In this document: piece after piece, positions 19,543 through 28,200 of the stretch
Numbering within the stretch: position 1 is the stretch's first letter
Layout: each line of letters starts with the position of its first letter
Assembly (NCBI GenBank): GCA_048938025.1
Contig: JBHLMP010000028.1
Location: forward strand, 1-34,199
Direction: 5' to 3'
DNA: 34,199 nucleotides
Source: Promethearchaeota archaeon
Lineage (GTDB): Archaea > Asgardarchaeota > Lokiarchaeia > Sigyniarchaeales > SOKP01
The notes under the pieces: model-generated
Seen by the model: only the letters and a program-made list of their open reading frames with translations
Databases searched by the model: none
Told to the model about the DNA's origin: nothing
Made by a program: the position numbers and the translations under genes

Positions 19543-19668
19543 TGGTCCCCTCTGCCGGCCTCGATCCGGCGACCGCTCGGTTTCGGCTGACGTATTTTCA
19601 TAGGTGATACACCTCATTACGCGATATAATCTACAGCCGAGCACTCTACCAGTCTGAGTTAAGAGGGG
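19543..19668 (-). tRNA. trnY: tRNA-Tyr(GUA) with a 49-nt intron at position 37/38 (19582-19630) and encoded CCA
   Basis: Minus strand: acceptor CCCCTCT/AGAGGGG-A-CCA (C1-G72 and A73, the archaeal Tyr identity), D stem ACTC/GAGT, anticodon stem CTCGG/CCGAG with loop CT-GTA-G|A, T stem GCCGG/CCGGC. Confidence 0.93.
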
Positions 19669-19995
19669 TTTGCTTTTTAAAATTAATAATAATCTAATTA
19701 ATATATTTTTTTCGATTTTTACACAAAATTATAGAATCTTAAAGTAAAATACTTCATTTAGAGTTTTGCTTAAAATTATAAAATGCAGTCTATTAGTTTT
19801 ATATCAATTATTTTAATTCTGCTTAAATATTGTATAAAGAAAAAGATAATATACAAAACATCAAATTTTTGTTTTTGAAAAGCTTTTTAATAAATTAATT
19901 GATCTATAAATAAAATCAAACTAATATAGAATTATTAATTCTTTACATTTAATTAATAAAATTTAATTGTAATTTTTAGAGATAGGTGATTAGGA

Positions 19996-20505
19996 ATCAG
20001 AGAAGAAACTGACTATACTGAAGCAATTGAAGCTTATAAGAACGATCCTTCCGTTATTTTAGAACCTTGGGGGCGTTCAATTGACCATTTACGGTTAATT
20101 ATTATTGGTAAAAAAGGAACTCCTTATGCAGATGGAAGATTCCTTTTTGAAATAAAATTTCCTGAGAATTACCCATTCCAACCCCCTTATGCCTACGCTG
20201 TGACACTCATGTGGCATCCTAATATCGATAGTTCTATTCCTCCAGGGAAACTAAATATTTGTCTTGATTTAATTAATCCAGACCTTGTAGGTAAAGTTGA
20301 CGCATCGACTGGGGCAAGTGGGTGGACACCAAGTAAGACTCTAACAAATATTATAGAGGCTCTAAAGGGCATGATGCATGTTGAACCTCCCTTTTTCAAT
20401 CCAGGTGACCCTCTTAATCATGAAGCAGGGGAACAATATTTTCGAGCTCAGAAAAAGTTTGAAGCTAAAGCTGCAGCTTGGACAAAAAAACATGCGATGG
20501 ATTAA
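19996..20505 (+). CDS. Ubiquitin-conjugating enzyme E2 (about 169 aa; probable non-AUG start)
   Basis: The frame is open from 19990: IIGKKGTPYADGRFLFEIKFPENYPFQPP...MWHPNI...NICLDLI...WTPSKTLTNII...PLNHEA. The catalytic Cys codon is 20260-20262. The ORF track call at 20200 misses the first third of the UBC domain. Confidence 0.92.
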   Translation: MREETDYTEAIEAYKNDPSVILEPWGRSIDHLRLIIIGKKGTPYADGRFLFEIKFPENYPFQPPYAYAVTLMWHPNIDSSIPPGKLNICLDLINPDLVGKVDASTGASGWTPSKTLTNIIEALKGMMHVEPPFFNPGDPLNHEAGEQYFRAQKKFEAKAAAWTKKHAMD

Positions 20506-20539
20506 AGTATCCAATAATTTTTTCTTATAATTAATTTAT

Positions 20540-22126
20540 TTACATAAAAGTAATTATAACATTATATTTTTTTATTTCTGATTCTATTAGCGCTTTACCT
20601 AAGGGGCTTAAACTAATAATATCATTACTTTTTATTTTTAAGGAAGTCAATTTGATATTAGGATCCTTCATTGAGGATATATAAGGATTCCAATATATCT
20701 CTTTTGTCATTGGATTGGTGATCATCCATAATTCTGGATCTAATTTGTATCCTGTTATCTCCATTGCTTTAAAGATATAACCAATATCACCATCAAATGG
20801 GACAACAATCTGTATGTTTTCTTCACCTTCTATTTTACCACATGCAAGACAATCTTTTCGTTTCATAATATTTAAATGGTCAAATTGACCATAAATACCA
20901 TTGTAGTTTACATATGGAGGATCCATTGGAGGACCAATGTTTCTTCCGTTAACTCTAAATAAAAGCTTCAAAGCCTCTTGAGATTGTATGCTAGAGATAA
21001 CTGAGCTAACGGATTGTATAGCAGCGATTTTATTTCCTAAAATATTTTCCATTTCTTCAAATTTGTAATCTGGTCCAAATGTTTCTTTTATGTTTTTCTT
21101 CCATTCTTCTATTTGTTCTTCTGATAAAAGTTCTCTTTTCTCTGGAGGTACATTTTCGTCAAACACCCTTTCCCTTAATTTGTACAATTCGTCTTGAGCT
21201 AATTCTTTCAATTTAATAACTTCATCGTTTAAATTAAGATCAGGCTTATGACCAAACTTTTTTTCAAATTCTACTTCTGCTTTAATAACACAATGATTCC
21301 TATTCCGTGGTAACCCTTTTAAAGTACAAGCAGCAACTAATTTATCATCAGCAGGAGGAATAGGAACTAGACATCTGTAACAAGGTGTAACATTTAACAA
21401 TTCAGGAGCATGTTCTTTTTCAAAAACATTTTCAATTTCTTTTCTAACTTTTTTTTTAACAGGTTCAATTATCTCTTTTTTTATTCGCTCTATTCGATCT
21501 TCTAATTCTTCAATTCGCTTCATCGCAGCAAAGTATTCAGGTAATTCAGTTTCATTGATTTCCCATAACTTAGACTCTAGTAAATTATCAATTTCAGTCT
21601 CTCTATCCTTGTATTGTAAATTAGATCCTTCAGGAATCACAATCTGAACGTGACCTTCGAAACCCACTGTCCCTCCCTCAACCATTGGTTTTTTCAATCT
21701 CAAGCAAATTTTATTCAGATCTAGACGTGCATTAAAGTTATCTAAAGCAGCGATAACTACATCTGCTTCTTCATACACAGACATAGGTAATTTTTGGAGC
21801 TTTTCAAAATAAAAATCAACTTTCAAGTATGGATTCATCTCTTTCAATCTCTCTGCAGCAACTTCAGCTTTCGGTCGTCCTTCATCTCCCGGTTTGAATA
21901 ACATTTGTCTAGATAAATTAGAGGTTTCGATTGTATCTAAATCCACTAAAATTAGTTTGCCTATGCCCATCAGAGCGAAATCTTTAGCGATTTCACAGCC
22001 TAGAGCCCCTACTCCAATAATTAGGATACATCCATTATCTAATGTCTCTTGAGACCATCCATCAATTAATTGTTGTCTCGCAAACATACGAGATTTAAAA
22101 AAGTCCTCACTTTCTCGTTCTGTCAT
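20540..22126 (-). CDS. Ubiquitin-like activating enzyme E1 (ThiF domain, Uba2/Uba3-like organisation)
   Basis: GVGALGCE, DLDTIETSNLSRQMLF, KAEVAA, ALDNFNAR, EGGTVGFEGHV, Zn motifs CYRC and CLAC, catalytic ACTLKGLPRNRNHC and a C-terminal extension. ATG at 22126 (TTG at 22132 is an alternative). Confidence 0.93.
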   Translation of the reverse strand: MTERESEDFFKSRMFARQQLIDGWSQETLDNGCILIIGVGALGCEIAKDFALMGIGKLILVDLDTIETSNLSRQMLFKPGDEGRPKAEVAAERLKEMNPYLKVDFYFEKLQKLPMSVYEEADVVIAALDNFNARLDLNKICLRLKKPMVEGGTVGFEGHVQIVIPEGSNLQYKDRETEIDNLLESKLWEINETELPEYFAAMKRIEELEDRIERIKKEIIEPVKKKVRKEIENVFEKEHAPELLNVTPCYRCLVPIPPADDKLVAACTLKGLPRNRNHCVIKAEVEFEKKFGHKPDLNLNDEVIKLKELAQDELYKLRERVFDENVPPEKRELLSEEQIEEWKKNIKETFGPDYKFEEMENILGNKIAAIQSVSSVISSIQSQEALKLLFRVNGRNIGPPMDPPYVNYNGIYGQFDHLNIMKRKDCLACGKIEGEENIQIVVPFDGDIGYIFKAMEITGYKLDPELWMITNPMTKEIYWNPYISSMKDPNIKLTSLKIKSNDIISLSPLGKALIESEIKKYNVIITFM

Positions 22127-22223
22127 CTTCAACTTAAGAGTTTATGATTAAAACATTATAATTTAACAAATAAAATTAGTAATTATTTTTAAAAGAAATT
22201 AGAATCTCTAATAAAATTTTATT

Positions 22224-25200
22224 TTATTTTTTCTTTTTTTTAGCAACTTCTTTAAGTATCTTTTTTATATCATCAACTTTTTCTCTTTCTTTAGCACTTT
22301 TTAGTTCTTCTACTTTCTTTCTCTTTTCATCTTCTTTTCTTGCCAATTCTGCAATAAGATCTTCTTTTAATCTAATTAATCCTCCCATTTTCTTGCTAAA
22401 TTCTTGTGCTTCTTTCTTGATTTGAATTTTTTGTTGTTCTACCTCAGTTCTTTGTTTTTTTCTTCGATCTTCGATTAAAGTAATTATATCACTAGCTAAA
22501 TCTCCAACTTCTGCTATAGTTTGCTGCAACTCAGAATCTTTTTGTTTTCTCTGAAACTCTTCTAAAGATTTTTGCTTTTCTAATTGTTCATAAATTGATT
22601 GAATCCTTAACTCTTCCTTCTTTACTCGGTCTTCTAATACATTTGTGTTTTTTATTTCATTTTGAATATATTTTACTTCCTCATCCCACCCAATTTCTTT
22701 GAACTTTTCAATAGCCAAATTAAAATTCTCATAGGATTGTTCAAAATCATGATATGCGGCCCATTTCTTACCTTCATCAATTAAATTTAAGCCTTCATCT
22801 CTTAGTCTATCTAATTGTTCTCTTTTCAAATATAACTCTCTATACTGCCTTAGTTGTTCTTGTTTTAATTTTTCTTGTTCTATACGTCTGCTTCTTACTT
22901 CCTCTTGAAATAATATATATTCATTTTGTCTCTGTAATCTAGCCTGTTCTTCTATTCTTTTCCTTTCAATGAGATTTGCTTTCTCTAGTTGTAAATCGGT
23001 AATTAAATCATTCAGATGGGTGATCTCAGGTTGCCAACCGATATTTTCTGCTAAAAAGTCTCTTGCTTGAGTATATAAAGCTATAGCGGAATCATAATCA
23101 GGAGTATGTCCTTTAAGGTGTCTTTGAGCTTTTTCTAAAAGTGAATAAGCAGCTTCTCTTTGGTTCATTTGTTCCTGAATAACTCTCTCCCTTTCTTGAA
23201 GTGCTAATTGATGAGCTAATTTCTTTTCTTTTTCTTGTCTTTGTCTTTCTTCAATAATTGCTTGTAATTGTCTTTCTTCTTCTAATCTTTCTAACTCCCT
23301 TTGATATTTTAATTGTTCTGTCTGTTCTTTTTGTCTTTTAAGTTCTATAATCTTAGATATCATATTTTCAATAGATTCGGTTGGAAATTGTAGCTGATTT
23401 AATAATAAACCAGCCTTTCTATAACTTTCTAATGCACCATTATAATCTAATCTTTTTGAAGCATTTTCAGCTTCATCTAAAATCTTAAATGCTTCTTGTT
23501 TTCTTTTCTCTAAGATTCTTTTCCTTTCTTCGATTTCTAATATTTGAATTTGTTTTGATTTCAAACGATTTTTCTCACTATTGATACTTTCAGCAATTTT
23601 CCTTTGGAATTCTCGTTCTTCTCTTTCTTTTTGAATTGCCAGCTCTAATTCATTCTGTTTTTCTAGTTGATGCTCTTCTTTCTTCTCTTGAACATTATGA
23701 ATTATTTCTTTTATAGATTCAGTTGGGAATTGAATTTCGTTCAAAATTATCTCAGCATTACGATAATATTCAAGGGCTTTATCATATTGGCCGTTTTTCA
23801 TATAAATCTCTGCTTCTTCTAAAAGATTGAATGCATCTTCTTTTCTCTTTTCCATATAAACATATAATTCTCTCTGCTTCGCAAGCTGCTGTTCTTTTGA
23901 TTTCCTAATCTTATCTTTTATTTTTAATCGTTCATTAATAACTTGTAGGAATAAAAATTCTTCTCTCTCTTTTTTAATTTGGTTTTCAAATATTTTTCGT
24001 TTCCTTAAATTTTCTTCTTTAATTTTATCCTGGATTTTTTGAATCATTTCCTTAACTGCTACTGTCGGAAATCTAATTTCATTTAAAATTAATTCAGCCT
24101 GACGATAATTTTCAATGGATTGCTCATAATTGCCTTGATTTAATAAGGTTCCTCCTAAATCCATTATTTCAAAAGCTTCTTTTTTACGATTTTCCATATA
24201 AAGTTTTAAATCTTCTAATTTTTGAATTTCGATTTTTTTTGCTTGAATTCTTTCTTTTTCTTTTTGTAAATACTCAGTAACTTTCATTTGGAATTGTTCT
24301 TCTTCTTTTTGCCTCTTGATGATTATTTCCTGTTCTAATTGTTTATCTTTTTCTGTTTCTAATTTTCGATGTTGTACTGTTTGAATAGTTTCTTGTAACA
24401 CTCTTAGATATTCACTTGTCCATCCAATTTCCCTTAAAATTTCTATTGCTTTTTGATAATTTTCTATTGAATTATTAAATTTTTTTTGAGTGAGTAATAG
24501 ATCTCCTTCCTCAATTAAATTGAAAGCATTTTCTTGTTTAACTAAATTATGTGCGGATATAATTCTTTGTGTTTTCAAGAATTCTTGTTGTTCTAATGCT
24601 TTAACTCTTTCAAATTCTCTCCGACGTTTAATTTTTTCTATAAAAGCATAATCTGCTTTCTCTTTTTCAATTTCCATTTGTAAGGTTTTCTGTCTTATTA
24701 AATCCTTTTCCTTCCTTTTATTTTCAATATCCTTTATCGCTCTTTGAATTACTGGGATTTCTTCATTCCATTGTATTTGAGCAAAAATATTTACCACCCT
24801 ATGATACAATTCAATAGTATTGTCTAAGTTACCTTGAGACAGTAGCTCATGCGCTTTATCCAACAAATTAAATGCTTCTTCTTTTTTCTTTTCTCGATGG
24901 GCTAGTTCTTGTTCTCTTTCTCTAAATGCAATTTCTTTCTGTTTTAATTTATCACGCTGAGCTTTCATCATCGTAGAAATTTGATCTTGAAAATCTTTAT
25001 CTTGTTTTTCTCGCTCTAGAGTTTTCTGTAATTCACTTTGTTTCTCTAATTCTGCTTCACGTTTCTTAGTTTCAATCTCAAAAATCGAATTTTGTATCAA
25101 GCTAACTTCCTCATCCCATTTTATTTCGATAAATACTTTTACTGCTTTATGGTATAATTCAATTGCTTCATCAAATCTTCCTTGTTCAATGTAATTTTGT

Positions 25201-28200
25201 GCTTTCTCTAATAAATCAAATCCATCTTTCTTTCTATTTTCAGCAAATAACTTAAAATTTTCTTGTTCTTTCAACATTTTTTGCTTAGCTTTCATTTTTT
25301 CTCCTTCTATTTTCAATTTTTCAGAAATTTCTCGTTGAAATATTAGATCTTCTTGTTGCTTTCTAATCCTTGTTTCGAATTCCTTTTGTTTAGCAAGATC
25401 ATCATCTCTATTCTTTTGTTGAACTTTTTGAATCATTTCTCTAATAGACCTTGTTGAAAAGCCTACCTCATTTAAAAGTAATTCGGCTTGACGGTATTTT
25501 TCAGTGGATTGTACATATTGATTTTGGTTTAACAAATTTTCGGCATCATCCATTAATTTAAATGCTTCTTCTTTACGATTTTCCATTTTCTCTATTAACT
25601 CTTCTCTCCTTTGAATTTCAAATTCTTTTCTCTTGAACCTCTCTTTTTCTTTTTGAATAGAGGTTGAAATTTTTGTTTGGAATAATTCTTCTTCTTTTTG
25701 TTTCCTAATTAGTAATTCTTGTTCTAATTGCTTTTCTTCTTCTCTTTCTCGTTTTCTTGCATTTATAGCCTGAGTAGTCTCTTGTAGCAATTTCAAATAT
25801 TCATGGGTCCACCCTATTTCTGTCAAGATCTCTATTGCTCTCCTATAATTTTCTGTAGCTTTATCGAAATTTTCTTCTTGAAGCAAAATATCAGCATCAC
25901 CAATTAATTTAAAAGCACTTTGTTGTTTAGTTAAATATTTTGCTGAAATTTCTTTTTGTTGCTTAATAATCTCTGCTTGTTCCATTTCTTTTGCTAATTC
26001 TCTTTCTCTCTGTCTCTTAATTTTCTCTACAAATGCTCTGTTAACGATTTCTTTTTCAATCGACTTCTGTATTTCTTTTTGCTTTATAATCTCATTTTCC
26101 CTAATTTTGTTTTTAATGTCTTGAATCGCTTTTTGGATTATTGGAATTTCATCAATCCATTGAATTTCTGCAAAAATATTAGCAGTATCATAATAAATCT
26201 CAATTGCATAATCTAACTTCCCTTGAGAAATGAGATTTTGGGCTTTATCTAATAAATAGAAAGCCTCTTCTTTTCTTTTCTCACGATGAGCAACTTCCTC
26301 TTCTCTCTCTTTTAAAATTATCTCTCTTTGTTTTAATTTATCTCGTTGAGTTTTCATAATTTTAGTAATTTTATCTTGAAACTCTTTTTCTTGTTTTTCT
26401 CTCTCAAGAGTAGTTTGTAATTCTATTTGTTTTTTTATTTCAGCTTCACGTTTTCTATTTTCAATCTCAATAATAGAATTCTGAATCAAACTTATCTCAT
26501 TATACCATTGAGCATCTGCGAAAAAATTCATAGCATACTGAAGTATTTCGATTGCATTATCAAATTCTCCTTGTTTTACATGGTCTTGCGCCTCTTCTAA
26601 AAGAATAAAACCTGCTTTTCTTTTATCTTCTTGCTCTTTTAATTTTTCCTCATGTTTTCTCAACGCTATCTCTTTTTTTCTTAATTTTTCACGTTCTATT
26701 TGTAATTGTTTAGCAATTTGTCTTTGAAATTCTTCTTCTTTTTTATGGCTCTCTATTGTTTCTTGGAACTTTTTCTGTTTTAAATCAAGTTGTTTTCTTC
26801 TTAATTGTTCTATTTCATTAATAGATTTTTCAATTAATGGTATCTCATCAACCCACTGAATTTCAGCAAAAATTTTTCCCGCATTTTGATATGCATTAAT
26901 AGCGTTGTCAAAATCTCCTCGTGTAATATAATCATGAGCATCATCCATATAATTGAAAGCAATGTTTTTGCGTTGTTCTCTATATTGTATTTCAGCATCT
27001 CTTTCTTTCAATTCAATTTCCTTTTGCTTTAATCTTGCACGTTCTTTATCTATCTGTTCAGAAATTTTTCTCTGAAATTTTAACTCTTGTTCTTTTCTTT
27101 CTACGATTCCTCTTTGCTCTTCTTGTTGTTTTTTAAGCTGAGACTGCTTAATCTTACGAACATTTGTTATAGTAGTCTTTATTGTGCCGGTATAATGTTC
27201 CCATCCTGCTCCTAACTCTTTAAGCATTTCTAAAGCATTTTGATATTCATTTATTGCTTTTTCAAAATCTTTTTCTTCTTGCAATATTTTATCTGCTCTC
27301 TCTAATATTATAAAAAACTCATCTTCTTTCTTTTCTTTTTCTTTTCGCTTTTCTCCAAGTTCTCTTCTCCTAAGCTCTAAATCCTGAGTAGATTGCAATA
27401 ATTGTTCTTGTTCTTTTAAAGAGATCGATTCTTGAAGTTGCTCTAGTTGACCTTGTCTTCTTTCCTTTAATTGGTCCGATTTTTGTTCTCTCTTCTGTTT
27501 TTCTTTTATATCATTTATTAGATTAATGATAGGCTGAATGTAAGCATCCCATTCTATTGATTTAAGCATTTCAATTGCTTGATTAAACATTTGTTTTGCT
27601 TTATCGTAATTTTTATCCCTTTCAAACATTTTTCCAATATCTATTAGATTAAACGCCTTAGTTTGAATTTCCTCTTCTTGTTTCTTTTTTTCCTCAAATG
27701 TTGTTAACTTTTGCTTATTTAATTCTGCTTCTGAAGTTATACTCTGTCGTTTTAATTCAGCTTTACTCTTGATTGCCTCGGAATCTTTTGCTTGTTGGGC
27801 TTGAAATTTCTGAAAGTTTTTTCGATCTATTTTAAGCTTTTCAATTATTATTTGAATATTACGGGTTTGTTCGGTCCAACCAATAGAGTTTAATAATTCG
27901 ATAGCCCTTTCGTAATTCAGTATTGCATTATCGAATTTGTTCTTTTGTTCATATAATTTTCCTTTATCAATAAGTGCAAATGCTTCATTTTGTATTTCTT
28001 CCTCTCGTTTTTTCATTGCTTTATAAGTATCTATTCTTTCTATCTTTTCAGGAGTTGCTTTTTCTCCAAACATACCCATAATTTGAGGTTTCTCCCCTGA
28101 TTTTTCTCGAATATATTGTTGAGAAGATTCTAATTCTTTTTGACGAAGTATCTTTTTCTCCTGCTCTATATTATCAGAGATACTCTTAATCTTTGAGTTT

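Noticed and set aside
19561-19640. Alternative reading of the tRNA as Ser(CGA) or Phe(GAA) through a different intron position
   Set aside because: There is no long variable arm for Ser, and the GAA reading gives a 6-nt loop. C1-G72 with A73 and a canonical 37/38 intron fit Tyr.
19987-19989. In-frame TGA ahead of the E2 as a selenocysteine or read-through codon
   Set aside because: The upstream in-frame stretch has no start codon and hits TAA TAA within about 10 codons. The TGA is better explained as part of the AGGTGAT Shine-Dalgarno.
19400-20000. tRNA as an integration site for a mobile element
   Set aside because: No integrase is present, and I saw no duplicated tRNA 3' end in the window.
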